Assembly: GCA_001938485.1 (NCBI GenBank)
Contig: MQRK01232961.1
Coordinates: 1 to 64,000, forward strand
Origin: Girardia tigrina
Lineage: Eukaryota
Direction of reading: 5' to 3'
DNA length: 64,000 nucleotides
The position numbers were made by a program, and so were the translations under genes. Positions within the stretch are counted from its first letter, which is position 1; every line of letters begins with the position of its first letter. Shown one piece after another: positions 1 to 12,990 of this stretch. The notes under the pieces are model-generated. The model was not told the DNA's origin and did not search any database. It saw only the letters and a program-made list of their open reading frames with translations.

Positions 1-29
1 GATGAATATGGAATCAATTATGCATTACG

Positions 30-600
30 CTCTACTTGAAAATGTTTTAGAGAGAAGTTGAGTGTGAAGCTTGAATATTAATTTTTTGATCCATGTATCT
101 TATTAATAAGGCCTCACACTTAATTCTCCCAGTAATTTTTTTTAAAATTTTTACATAGAATTTGAAAATTATTTTCTTCGATTTTCTTTTTACAATTTAA
201 ATTATGTTCAGCATTATTGCTCCCATTATCCAATCGACTTTGCTATTTGATTCATTTGCAGAGATGACAAGATGTCTCTCCAAGGTATGTGGTGTTACAC
301 CCATTACATGTATATTTATAAACGAGATATAAGCACAAACCAAGTGGAAATTGAGATTTATTGCTTAACATATCACGAATTTTATATGATTGTGAAATAA
401 TTTTAAGATTCATGGTATTTAGAATTAGATTTTTCAAAATTGATGAATTTAAATGTTTAAAGCCCTCTGAATAAGGAATCCATAATATACACCTTGATTC
501 AATTAGGTTATAATTTGTATTAGGGGAAATGGTATGATGAATCGTATTATTAAGATTTTCATTATTACTATTTTTAGACTCATTTAGGTTTTTATCTAAA
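30..600 (-). mobile_element. Penelope-like element (PLE) 3' fragment, GIY-YIG endonuclease, decayed
   Basis: ORF 252-437 reads NKSQFPLGLCLYLVYKYTCNGCNTTYLGETSCHL (GIY-YIG with CxxC). It is colinear with the copies at 24725-25404, 39620-40210, 48340-48860 and 61245-61568. Confidence 0.85.
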
Positions 601-679
601 GTTATCTAAAATCGAAAAGTTCTCTTCAAAGGGAAAGGCTCTCGAAAAGATTCAAATAACTACCGAAACATTTTTCTTT

Positions 680-1240
680 TAGATGTAGGAGAAAAGATAC
701 TAGCCAGAATCATCGCAAATTGAATCACTCTGATCACCGAAGCGATACTGGATGAGTGGTAGTATAGATTCTGACCTGCAAGAGGAACTCAGTGCGCTAT
801 AAGTATCTTGAGAAAATTGCAGGATGAAGTGCAAAAGAAGGACATTAATATGTATGTCATCTTTATCGACTTGGAGAAAGCATCCGACAGTGTTCCACGG
901 GAGTCTCTCTGGAGCTGTTTAAAGAGACCTGGGAAGAGGGGGAGAATATTAGAGATCATCAAAGCTTTCCATGAGGGATTTGAATGTTCTATAGTGGATG
1001 AAACCTTCAACATGGATAAAGATGTGCGTCTTGGTTGTGTTTTAGAGCTGCACTTGTTCAATATTGTATTCGAAACGGCTGTACGAAGTCCACGAATACA
1101 GCCAAAGGTACGCAGAACCATCGGTATACAACCCATGGGGGGATCATTTCTCACAGGAATACCGAAAAGATCTCAAAGATCGAAACTATCTGACTCCGTA
1201 GGAGGCTTATCGAGGGGCTGCTAGTGATTCTTATGTTTGG
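680..1240 (+). mobile_element. Non-LTR retrotransposon (RTE-like) reverse transcriptase fragment
   Basis: GEKILARII...RGT...LRKLQDEVQKKDINMYVIFIDLEKASDSVPRESLW and VRLGCVL...LFNIVF correspond to the RT motifs FxDxxKAFDSV and QGCxLSPxLF. In-frame stops are present. Confidence 0.8.
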
Positions 1241-1300
1241 GGGACCTTTTAAAGAGCCTAGAGGCACAATACCATTCGAAAGAGATGGGAGGCTCACTAA

Positions 1301-1382
1301 TAAACATTACTCATCTCTTTATCTAGTTATTCAAGAAAGTTAATGGAAAAGGAAATTACACCCAATTTCTCTTTTCATTACA
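1301..1382 (+). repeat. ~80-bp direct repeat, copy 1 (copy 2 at ~2336-2419)
   Basis: aaacatta.tcatct.tttatcta.ttattcaa.aaagttaatggaaa.ggaaattacacc.aattt...tttcattaca is present at both positions. Confidence 0.85.
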
Positions 1383-2609
1383 TTACAGAAACAAACTTCA
1401 AATCTCGCCTCCAAGCTATTCAGACAAAAATAAAAATCAAAATCAAGGTCAGAACAATCTCAATATAAAAATGCCAAAACAATATGAAAAAGCTACCTAG
1501 TTCCACTTTTTTAACGAAGTCTAATGGCTACTATATATATATATATATATATTTAGTGTATATATGAAAATAAATAATTATCATTTTCGATTTCGTTCCA
1601 TAACATAAATGAAATAATCAGATGAGTGGATTTATTTGTACTTTCTTTGCAAATTCAATCACAATATGCGGATTACATCAATTTTATCGCTTTTAATACC
1701 TGGAATTTATGTTTCACAACAATAACAATCGTGACCCACGCGACGATGAGAATGAAATACAGCGTAAAATATCGAAATCTCATCTACCAACAGCCATAAC
1801 ATTGTAGTTATTCGGATTTTTAAAACGGTGTCGAGATATTTGCCGTTTCGGTGTTGAGAGTTTTGATAATGCTGATTAAAGTGCAGTGATTTCAAGCTTT
1901 GTGTAATTTATAGATGCACGTTATCGCAAAAATCCAAATAATATTTCAATTCACCTTTTCTACTCTAACGATTCGAATGTACAATTATTTAAAGACAACT
2001 TCAACTATAGTTCTTCATCGTACAACTTTGAAAAAGAAGTCAATTCATTGATTGAAAATTGCCAACAACAGAGAATGATGCGACATCATATGTCGAAATA
2101 ATATGTTAATATTCAATGCCTAAGTATTCAGGACAATTCGAAAACTAGCGGCACCTAAACCACTTACATTGCGAGTTGACCCGGCAAATGTTTAGTAAAA
2201 GATCAAACAGGGAAATCAGTATTTGTACAAAAAATTCCATGTTACGATTTCAGCTACACTCATTTAGACTATGTCAGAAAAATAATTATTTTCGCTGAAT
2301 GATTTGACAATTAATTATATTCATGACAATCTGAATAAAAACATTAATCATCTTTTTATCTAATTATTCAATAAAGTTAATGGAAATGGAAATTACACCA
2401 AATTTTTCTTTTCATTACACATATTTGTAATGCAACAGCGGGCTCAGCGGTTTTGAGGCTGCGGCACGCCAGCGGCGCGGAGCGAGCGTCAGGTCGGGGG
2501 ACAAATAAAAAATCATCTCACATTGTCCATCTACGATCTGAGATCCAATCTCTGTGCCCTCATTCAAATTTTGTCCGTTAACGAGCATTTTTATTACCAA
2601 ATATAACGG

Positions 2610-2972
2610 CATTTTCTGTAGAGACTCAATGAAACCATCGGCATTACATCTCTGATCCATCCAGGTAATCAAATTCTAGTACCGATTGTAGCCCGATTCG
2701 TCCTTGTCGTCATTCCAAAACAAAACACCGTGCATTTGTCTTGATATTCCAATATGTCTCACATTATTCAAACCGTCACCCTTCATTTCATTTAATATCT
2801 CTCGAATCGCTTCAAATATTTTGTCAACATTTTGCTCGGGATAAAATTGATTTTGATTAATAATCGTGGAATTAGTGTCTTTTATCGAAGAGTTCAGTAT
2901 TGTTTTATCTTTAGCATTGCTTAAAATAACCTTTACAGATTTCGTACCGATATCGATTCCGAGGACGTTCAT
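2610..2972 (-). pseudogene. SHPK: Sedoheptulokinase (FGGY carbohydrate kinase) 5' fragment, pseudogene
   Basis: MNVLGIDIGTKSVKV...EQNVDKI...HIGISRQMHGVLFW...Y*NLITWMDQRC. The FGGY motifs GIDxGT, GQMHG (here RQMHG) and TWxDxR lie in one frame across a single TAG at 2676-2678. Recognisable similarity ends after FIESLQK. Confidence 0.8.
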
Positions 2973-4093
2973 GCTGCTTGAAGAACGATATCAAAACACA
3001 AATATACCAAAAATATCAAATTTTGAAAGAAAAATAATAAAAATAACGCTGAAATTTTAATTGATAATTTGAAAATACATTTTTTCAATGGCGACTTTCG
3101 ATTATTTCAAAAACAAAATAAAGTTCGCGCCAAAAATTAAAATAACATTAATTCGGTAAAACAACAATGAAAATTTTGTCACAAAAAATAAAAAATACAG
3201 TTTTTTACCATTCGAATTCTCACAACGGTCAATCAGAAACTACCGGTATTAACATTGTTTTTTTTAAATCAAAAAGTAATATATTTATAAAAAATTCACA
3301 ATTTCTATCGATATTTAATTAACAGTTTTTTTTTCCAAATCAATTCGATCAATTTCATGTTTCGATGACAATTAAAATTTTTGAGTTTTCGATTTTGTTA
3401 ATAAGTCATAAAGGATTTTCATTCTGTTTTTTGTCAAATTTTTTAGATTCTGTAATTACCGATTCATTGTTTTGACTAGTGAAAGAAGTTAAATTTGACT
3501 TTGTTTTCAATTGAGAGATGGGGGTCATTTTCAGTTTTTTTGATACGCCTGTATTATCATTGATGTCAGAGATTTCCGAATTCATCCTCTCATTTAGCAT
3601 TTATTTTTTTAAAATTATTTAAATTAAAATTTATCGCGAAACACACACACATTTATATATAATATATATTTGTAATTATCAACAATAAGAAACGGAAGGA
3701 GAAAAAAAGTTTATGAATCATATTCTTAATAAAAACAGAGTTGTATAGGGAAGACTAATGTAAATAAAATCACGATTTTCCTTGGCAATTTTGCGGAAGT
3801 AATACGAATTATCTGAGATTTATTGATCAAGGAAAATAATATCGTTTATGACTTTAACCAGATAATTAATATAGTCACATTTTGAAGTTAGGTTCTTAAA
3901 TTATGATTGATTTGATTTTGTACAAATGAAAGATGACCAGGATGACGAACAAATCTCGATTCGTTTGACCGTTAAAACGATTTAACTAAAGAATTCATTT
4001 AAATAAAAAATCATTAAAAATAATAAATAAAATAAAATGTATATATATTAGATGATATTTTATTATATATAAATATGTGATTATCCTTACAAT

Positions 4094-4698
4094 TAAGGTT
4101 GCCAGATGTCCGGTTTTGAACCGGACAGTCCGTTAATTCAACTGGTTGTTCAGTATAAAAAAATTATAAAAACCGGACTTACATTTGAAGGTATTTCTCC
4201 CGAAGCTTATTTCCACAATCTTCAAATATGAGGTATACGTATTTTTTTATTTTTTGGTCGCTCAAAGTTTTGAAGGACAAATAAACATTCCTAAATGGTA
4301 ATTTTTTTATCGTAGAGGGCTATGGAAAAATTTATTTTGGTTTAATACGAAATACAAAATATTAAAGTATTAATTCAAAGTTTTCTGCTGGTGATAAAGG
4401 GATAAATTAAATATTAAGGATTTTTAGTGTGATGGGAAATCTATGGACCAACGAACGTAATCGAATGTCGTTTAATTTACTTAAAAGTGAACTTTGTATC
4501 TTCTTTAATATTCCTTATACATGCCAAAATATAAGAGAAATATTTTCTAAAAATAAAAAACTGCTAAAAGCTACATCGCAGAATGAAAAATATATAAAGA
4601 ACCAAAAATAATAAATAAAAATATATGGAAAATAAAATTTTGTTGTTTTATTTTTAAATTTTGTCCGGTATTCTTCGAAGTTCCAACTGACAACCCTA
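4094..4698 (+). mobile_element. Non-autonomous hAT element (Blackjack-like ends) with 8-bp TSD
   Basis: TIRs taaggttgcca / tgacaacccta and exact TSD CTTACAAT (4086-4093, 4699-4706). The internal remnant FSVMGNLWTNERNRMS...LKSEL...NEKY resembles the hAT C-terminal dimerisation region. Confidence 0.9.
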
Positions 4699-6789
4699 CT
4701 TACAATATGGTATTTAAATTTATTTTTTCATTCCAACAATATTTTCAAATATTTACTTTATATTTAATTTAATTTTAAAAGAGCTTTACTTTGCCCTTCA
4801 TCTGCGATCATTCAAATTTATTAAATTTCGTGTAAATCTACAGGCTTTTATTACATTAACCTGAAAGTGTACTGTGAAATCCTTATAAAAATACTCATAA
4901 ATTATCGATAAAAATAATAAAAGGTAATTTCTTAAACTTTTGTTAATAAACAAATATAAATAAAAAATAATTGAATTACAATAATAATGACAAATATTTG
5001 AATTTAGCCATAAGAATGACATGGTCAAGACAAAATTTATTATTTATCTTTTCTAAGACTATAAAATATGTTTTTAATTTGCAGTAATTTATATCTTTGG
5101 ACCCTTGGGAAAACAGTTTGGGAAATTTATAAAGAAAAGTATGAATACGTATGAAATACGCACATTAATTTATGGGAATAAAATCAAATATTCTTTTCTT
5201 AAGCATCTTTTCAGAATTTCCAGCTCTAATTTATAGAAAAGCATTTAATTATCATTTACGTTAATCATGTTTTTGGAAAGCTTGTAAAAAATAAAATAAA
5301 ACGATGAAAAATGTGTAAAAATTTTGATTTCTTTAATTAAAAAAGACAATTATTAAACAATTTATAAATTATAGAAATTTTCAATGGCAATTGTAATTAC
5401 TTTGACGAAAGTATTTCTCAAATAAAAATCAATTAAAAACAAAATTAAATTTTGAAATTTATTGTAAAAAATAACTAAAAGAAACAAAAATTAAAAGAGA
5501 ATGAAAATTTTAATTTTCTTTTTTTTAATTATTTAAATCAAAAAGACTTGAAAAATATGATCAATTAATTATTTTTTTTATAAATTAAAATTAAACAAAT
5601 AAATTCAATTATAAATTTTTAATATAAAACATTTTTTATAGCGAATAAGAACTTAAAAAAGAAATTATATTTTGAAAAAATATAATTGAAGTAATCAAAT
5701 TTGTTAAGTGTTTTATTTAAACACTTATTAAAGATGATTTATTTATTATAATAATTTAAATAAAACTATTTACAAAACTATTTGTATTAAATAAATTATA
5801 TATTCGGATTTTCTTTTTGTTGTTATTTGTACTACGAATTTTCTATCAAAAGTCATTTATCTGTCATTGATGCAGACAGATTTACTACTCTTATCAAAAA
5901 GATAAAATAAGATAAAGGAAATATACTGTCAAGTATTAGAAGAATAAATATTTCGGAAACAGATTTGTTTAAATTATTATATTATTATATAGATTGGTAT
6001 TCAAATTAAAATATTTAAAATAATTAAAATAAATACGACATTTAATTAAGTTAATCATTATAATCCAAATCAAATTTGTGACTTTAAGCAAATAATAATT
6101 TGAGTTACAATGTACTTTCACAGCTTTAAAATTGTTATTTATATTTTAATGGAGTAAATTTAATGTAAAAATTATTCTAAAGATTAAATTCATGTTTTTT
6201 TAAAATTATAAAGTTGTTTTTCTTTCTAAATATTTGAGTAAAACTTAAGTGAAATAATAAATTCTTACTAAAAAGATGTTTTATCGTTTTTCACTATGGT
6301 GAAAATAAATATATACATAATCACATATATATATCAATATATATAATCACATTCATAACTCTTTCAACAAGAGAACTCTAATAAATTTCAAGTTTTAAAA
6401 TTATATTATTTTTCATTGAAAATATGAATACATTGATACTATGGATCTCAATAATATAATATTTTCATGAATCTCTAAAATACAAAAAAATTTCCGTACA
6501 ACTAATTACAACAAAACTATTATATTTTTCAAATCTACTTTTCTTAATATTAACTTTTTTTCTGATGACGAATAAAAGTATCATAACTTATATATTATAT
6601 TATATTTAATTGAAATTCCTTGTAAATGGTTTGAAACATTCAATCTTATAAATATCGTTAATACCTTGTGACAACTTTCTATATATTTTTTTATTTTAAA
6701 ACTTTTAAAATTCCTATTTCAATTGTTTATAAGTGAATAAATATTGTTGGTAAGAAAAATGAAACTTTTTATATAATTAAAAAATTTCC

Positions 6790-7047
6790 TATCTTTATTG
6801 AACTGATTCCACAGGTTTTATTAAATGTTGTCAAAGAAAAATTATTGTTTAGAACATTGAGACAATTTTCATTGGAATTTTTATTACATTTAGAGCCATC
6901 ACTGTAAAACCTTAATTGAAAAGATTCATGGTTAGTACAACAAATATCCACAATAAAGGATTTACAATACCTAATGTTATTACTTAATCCAAACCAAAAG
7001 TAATTCATTGTTACATTAAATTAATCTTGGTTGGGTCATAACACACA
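6790..7047 (-). pseudogene. Decayed Cys-rich, N-glycosylation-rich extracellular exon-like segment
   Basis: An acceptor-like gatgcatag is followed by VCYDPTKIN, a 1-nt frameshift, then NVTMNYFWFG...CKSFIVDICC...SFQLRFYSDGSKC...NKTCG. No family assigned. Confidence 0.35.
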
Positions 7048-8710
7048 CTATGCATCAATAATTAACAAAAAAAGGATTAATGAGGGATAAACAATGTAAC
7101 ATATGAATAATGAATATAATTGAACGAGTGACAATTACCAAACTACAACTTAATAACGTAAATAACAAATTTCCAAATGCGTAAAGTTATGATGATATGA
7201 AATTAACGATAGCTGGATTATTTCGAAATTTAACGATGAAAATAGAAATGTTTCTCTACAGTGTAGATAATGTGTAGAGTCTACACATATGACAGCGGGA
7301 ATACTCTGATATGATAAAAGTCTTCTTATGCAGAGCTAGATATTGATATGAATTTAGATTAAAATTTATAGACAAAATAAATCAGTTGTAGTTGAGAAAA
7401 GGAATTGAGATTCGTTAACAGATCTTCTTACTTCTGGAAAAAATGTAATCGGTCTTCTGTTTTATATCCTCACGAATTCAGACTGTAGACGTCAAATTTC
7501 CAACTAAACTGTCCAATTCCTTGGTAAGTAATTACTTGTAATTTTTTATTGATTTTTTTTAATTTTTTAGATCTATTTTAATTATTATTATTTTTAATAA
7601 TAATTATTAATTGTGAAAAGGGGGTGAAATAAATAAAATTTCTGTATTTTTTTAAACTTTATTTTCTTGTCTTTATATTTATTTTCCTTTTGAATCTTTT
7701 ATAATCTTTTCCTGTTCTTTATTTCCCTTCTATCATCTTTTTACTGCATGCATGGCGCCTTTGATTAACAATCTATGTAGATTTTCTAGGAGCGGATGTT
7801 CTTAAAACGTCTAAAAACAGCAAAAAACATTAATTATGACTTTCTTTGTCCGGATTCGCTCCTTCGAGAAAAAAGTATATCGTTTCATGGATTTACCGAT
7901 CAATCCGCCTCTAAAGTTCATCCATGCGCATTGAAAAGACAATATGAAACTGAAACATTTATTTACAGATAAATCTAATGTTTTACTGGTCACCACACAA
8001 AATCCTCGTATCAAAATTAACATGATATTATTTTGGTCAGCGATATATAGGCATATTGAATTTTTTTGTATTTTTGTCTATATTCGCAATTTTTTTAATG
8101 ATTGAAATATATTGATGTGATTTGTTATATATATTGAGCGATGGCGATATGTGTGACATGTATCGACAAATTGATTTTTTTAAAAGGTCAATGTGATTTC
8201 ATGTGTGTCTTTTGGCCGTATTCGGAAATTGTGCCTCTTATTTGTTCACATAAACAACCATTGCTTTTTTGTTAATTAATTATTTTTTTTAATAATTGTT
8301 TTTTTTGTATTGAGTTTCTTGATATTTATTTTTTGATAATTGGGTTTTCAATTTAAGTTCAGTTCTTGGTTGATGCTCTGGTTTTTTGATAGAGCTGATT
8401 TTAATAATTTTGATGATTTAGAATTTAGAACAAATTAGAAATTCATTGTGAACTTTTAAATGGTGATTAGGCGCTTTCTGAATAGAATTTGTGATGATTC
8501 ATCAGATGGATTTCATCCCTTTTCTTGGTGTGGAGTGGCATTGGACGAAACACTTGTACTAAATTTTGTTGTGAGTTGATTGGAGTAAGAAATTGTTGTT
8601 TTGAATGATTATATTGTATTAGTAGAAATTAAAATTGTCCCAAAGTAAATTTTAATATCATTTAAAATTTTTATTTTATAAATCAATTAGTGATGTATAT
8701 ATATGATCAC

Positions 8711-8768
8711 TTTAAGCCAACAATCTGCAGGTAGCAGCTTACAGTATTGCTTCCCAGATGGAACTGGT
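8711..8768 (-). other. Candidate small exon (PVPSGKQYCKLLPADCWLK)
   Basis: GC-richer 58-bp block between a tttgtttgtttag acceptor and a gtgatc donor, with an open frame. Confidence 0.3.
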
Positions 8769-8929
8769 CTAAACAAACAAAATAAGAGTATATTATTTTA
8801 TTATAAATAATAAATATTGATATTAATTAATTGTACGTATTTATACCAATACTTATTTGTGAACTAGCAATTACATCCTAAAATTTTCTTAAATGTTTAT
8901 ATATAAATCAAGACAATAGGATATGGAAA

Positions 8930-9090
8930 AAGTATATAACCGAAGGTTAAATGACAGGGAAAGTAACAGTAAACTCATTATCATATTTCTTTTATTTATC
9001 GGCCCCAATAACGGCAATAACGGTATTCATTCAAGTATCCTTCTGTCTCAATGGCCATTCTTCCTGTCAATTAGTAAATTTAAATATTAC
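8930..9090 (-). mobile_element. PLE RT-thumb relic
   Basis: LLIDRKNGH*.. and ..KRNMIMSLL match the PLE segment at 45230-45370 (LIIDRKSENFET...YKMNMINVLL). Confidence 0.45.
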
Positions 9091-10384
9091 CGTTTCTAAT
9101 TTAAAATTATTTATTTTTATAACTATTTTGTTTTCAAATTTTTACTAGTAAAATGAATAAATATTTTTTGTTTCATAGATTTTGTCCATATAATTAAACA
9201 TATTTATCCTTTTTCATTTATTAATTATCAAAAAAATGTAAAAAATCGGCAAATTTGACAATTTATATATTATATTTTAAAATAAATAAAACAGGCATTA
9301 TTGTTTTATAACTCTTGGGATTTGACAAACAAATTTTTAAAGAACAATTTTTGAGCAAATTAATTCTGAAGCTGAAAAGAAAGTCCCATATAGAAAATAA
9401 ATAAAGTTTTTTTTCAGTAATAATAAATAAAAAGTTTTGAATTAGAAAATAATCGAATTTTTTTAAAGCATAGAAATATAATAGAATCTTCATCACGCAA
9501 TAAACTAATAACTTTGTTATAATACATAATAATATATACTTTTTTTCTCTTCTGTCGAGTTTTCCAAGACAAAAATTAAAACTAAAATCCAAAAAGTCAA
9601 ATAAAATCTCTGAACTGGAAGATGGGGAAAAATTTCTTTAATTTTATGTTATTTAATTATTTAGAATTTATTTTTAATAACTTTTTTCCTTTTTTTTTCA
9701 TTAATGAAGTGGTTCTAAAAAAATAGAATAATTATAATTAAAAAAATAAAAAAAACAATTTAAGATCCAATTTAAAAAAAACTTGCAAAGAAAATTTTGT
9801 CTATTTTATTAAACAGTTTTATTTTGTCAATTTTAATAAATATATCCAAAAAAACAAAATATATTAATTTATTTGAATTTTGTATTTAAAATATTTATCA
9901 TTTTTTCAGCCGCAAATGTAATCAGAAAATGTACAAAATATCGTTATAAAATAATTTTAATAATTTGAACAAAATTTATTACGGTTTTATTAATTATTTA
10001 TCTATTTATTTTTTAAAACACCCTTAACATAATAAAATTCCACAAAATATTTTTTTGTTTTTACTTCATTTATTCTTCGTTTTGTCTTTTCACTTTTATA
10101 TCCCGATAGTTTATATAGAATTCTGTGAAAAAAATTTTATCCACGTAATTTCGTCGGTTTTTTTAAAAATCCTCTTGCTAATTCAGTGTCATTCACTATC
10201 TAAGTCTAGACATGAGACAATTTATTGTCCTTTTTCTTACAATTATTTTCGATTAAAAAAAGTGGAACTTGGCTAAACAGTATTAAAAACATAATTTTCA
10301 TTTTCATTTAATTTAATCATATTAATATCTTTTAGGGAAAAGGAAAATTATTAATGACATTAGTTTTCAAAATATTTTAATATA

Positions 10385-10555
10385 AAGGGTGTCCGGAAAT
10401 TATGGAAACGTTTTTTGGTGCATTCTTATAAATGCAGATCACATCTCTTTTGTGGATTTAATTTTTCTAAAATAAGATATATATTAATAATCATTCTAGA
10501 GCAGTGAATGGAAAAGACAAAAATGAAATTTTTTTCTTAATTTCCGGACAAACTG
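10385..10555. mobile_element. Tc1/mariner-type MITE
   Basis: TA-aagggtgtccggaaatt ... aatttccggacaaactg-TA: imperfect TIRs with TA TSD. Confidence 0.7.
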
Positions 10556-11689
10556 TAAACTTTTTGAATATAATTTTGATTAGGAACAAGAATCTCCATT
10601 ATGTACATGTAGTATGTAGATTCAGTCTGGGTATGAACGTTAAGACTGGCTTCTTACTCGTTGATGGCAAATCTAAAAAACCTGCTTATACTTACAAGGC
10701 AAGGAATGTTGTTACGAATATCATTCAACTAAAAACGTTAACGGATCTCTGTCTCATAAGCTGACCAAATCAAGAACATCAAAATGACAGATTTCGTCAT
10801 CAAATTGAGTATATCATTTTATACTAATTTTCAGATTGAAAAGTTTCAGTTTCGTAACAGACACATCACAAAAAGTGAGATTTTTAAATACTTGTATATT
10901 GAATTGTAGAGCAAAATCATTTTAGTCAAGTATAAGCCGAGCCTTACCAAATTCTTGTACAAAAAGATTCATTTGTCAGTGACAGTAAGAAAAGACTTTA
11001 CATATTCCCAGAATTAAAATTCATTTCAAAGTTTAAGCAAATTCAAAATTGACATTTATCTTCATTCTCGAAATGACAATCACTGATTCATTTTATTGCT
11101 TTGATTCCCTTTGATATATATAATATGAATTAAAACTTAAATAAAAGAAAATAATTAAAAAAAGAATTTAAAAGAAAAATTATAGAAAAAAATTAATAGT
11201 TAAAATTTGAATATTTGAAAAGTTTAAAAACCCGAGAAAAGACATCTTTGTCCGGGTTATAATTATTATTATTGTTTACCGGTTAATGATTCATTCTGCA
11301 ATGTTGATAATTAATTTGGCAGTATGTGTGCCTTGTGTACCAAACCAAGTTTGTTATTGTCCGAACTTGCTCTGATTAGCTAGCCAATTAGAGCGAGGTG
11401 ATGGCTCGAGGTAAAAGGTAAATTTTGACAATGTTATTATGAGGGGTTAATTTAAATTTTTATCTCGCCTGAATAATTTATTATTTTTTTAATTTAAAGG
11501 GTAAAATATTTTTATGTTAATATGCTTATTCAATATTTTAAAATTAAAAATGATATTATAAAACAACTATTAAAAAATCAAAAACGTTTTTAAAAATAAA
11601 ATATTTTTAATGTGTTCTTAAATATTTTTATTATTTTTTCAAATAATTCATTATCATTTTAATTATTATACAATAAGTTTTGAGTAAAT

Positions 11690-11870
11690 ATTTTAATAAA
11701 ATATTTATTTCTCCATTTCCTAAAAAATAATAAGAATTAATTCATTAATCAATTTAGTTTAGAATGCACTCGTACGAAAGCTTTGACAAAGATTGTCTTA
11801 AGGACAATCAAAATTGTTGTTTAAATAAAATTATGAAAACTCAAATTGGTGTTCTTAATAATGGTGATGT
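11690..11870 (+). repeat. Dispersed repeat (inverted copy at ~49190-49365), probably PLE N-terminal region
   Basis: gaattaattcattaatcaatt...gtacgaaag.tttgacaaagattgt.t.aaggacaatcaaaattg.tgtttaaataaaa...tcaaattggtgttcttaataat is shared with the reverse complement of 49190-49365. Confidence 0.7.
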
Positions 11871-12312
11871 ATTAATATATAAAATACTTTGATAATTTTT
11901 ATTGCTTCCAAGAATATTTAACAATAAACTTTGAAGTAAATTAATTTTTAATTTTAAGTAACTAATATTTTACATTTAAAAAGTTATTAAACTGTAATTA
12001 ATTTTAGTAAGTTTGAAATAAATAAATAAATCCTGATTCATGTTTTTTGCGGCCCTCTACATTTTTTGTACGAAACCCAAAATCAACTAAATATAGAAGA
12101 AATTATTTGTTGCAATAATATTTTTAATTCATATTTAAAATTTAATTTCAATGTCGATCATTATGGAATATTCCTTCGTTACAGAAAAATAGAATAAAAT
12201 TTACTTTTATCAATTATATACAATTTTAAATAACTATTATCAGTGAATTTCAAGTTACTGACTTTATATATAATTTTATTTTTTTTTTGTTTTTACAAAT
12301 ATTTAAATTGAT

Positions 12313-12516
12313 TTATACTAAGAATGAGCAATACGCGGAACACCTTTCTATACACTTTTGCTTTACAATTAAATTCAGTAATCCACCTGTAAGTTTTAAA
12401 TTGAGAGGGATTTCTTCACCATCGACCTCCTCTAATTTCTGCATTATTTCATCACTTTCAATTATCCTTTTAAGCAAAAACTTAATTATATTACACTTTT
12501 CAGGGACAGATATCAT
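12313..12516 (-). CDS. Short ORF of unknown function (weak SAM-like EEVDGEE..L motif)
   Basis: 67-aa ORF with protein-like composition, preceded by a TTTCGCGATAA motif 12 bp upstream of the ATG. Confidence 0.25.
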   Translation of the reverse strand: MISVPEKCNIIKFLLKRIIESDEIMQKLEEVDGEEIPLNLKLTGGLLNLIVKQKCIERCSAYCSFLV

Positions 12517-12719
12517 GTTTAATTTAATTATCGCGAAATACGTCTGATAATATATTCAAACATTAAAGCAGAGGCGATAATTTTTACCTATGTGAAAGTC
12601 TTTCTTTCGCATAAACCTTCGTGTTAATTTATTAGTTATTAATGTATTAGTCTACGGAAGTTTTGATGTCACCACGTAAAAGAATATTTGTAAAATGCAA
12701 GTACAACATAAGAGTGTGC

Positions 12720-12990
12720 TTAGCACGTAAAAAGTGTTTCAAATTTATGAAAAGAGGTAATACTGAGACTGTTTCAATTACTTCTAATTATCAAAAATAT
12801 TATTAAAAGGTTTTCAGGGAAAGAATAACCATGGAAGAAAACGAACATTTCTTTCGAAAAGAAGTGAACAACTAGGAATTTGAGTGTCAGAGGAGAGGTC
12901 ACTTTGTCGGAGTGGTTTTGCAAATATAAATCTGAATAAACTTGCAGCGAGTTATTCGGACGAGAGAAGTCAGTAGGAGGCTGCTTGGAA
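12720..12990 (+). mobile_element. Tc1-like transposase HTH relic
   Basis: Fragments NIIKRF..., GRKR and VxRRL in broken frames. Confidence 0.35.

Noticed and set aside
1730-2972. Variant genetic code (TAA/TAG read-through) suggested by in-frame TAR stops
   Set aside because: The SHPK TAG falls where Ser is expected (TCG>TAG), TGA stops and frameshifts also occur, and TE ORFs terminate normally at TAG/TAA. This is ordinary decay.
9263-9592. AT-rich F/I/L/K/N ORFs (also 4798, 10055, 24289, 30221, 49003, 53584)
   Set aside because: Their composition is what chance ORFs in AT-rich DNA give; they have no motifs or splice support.
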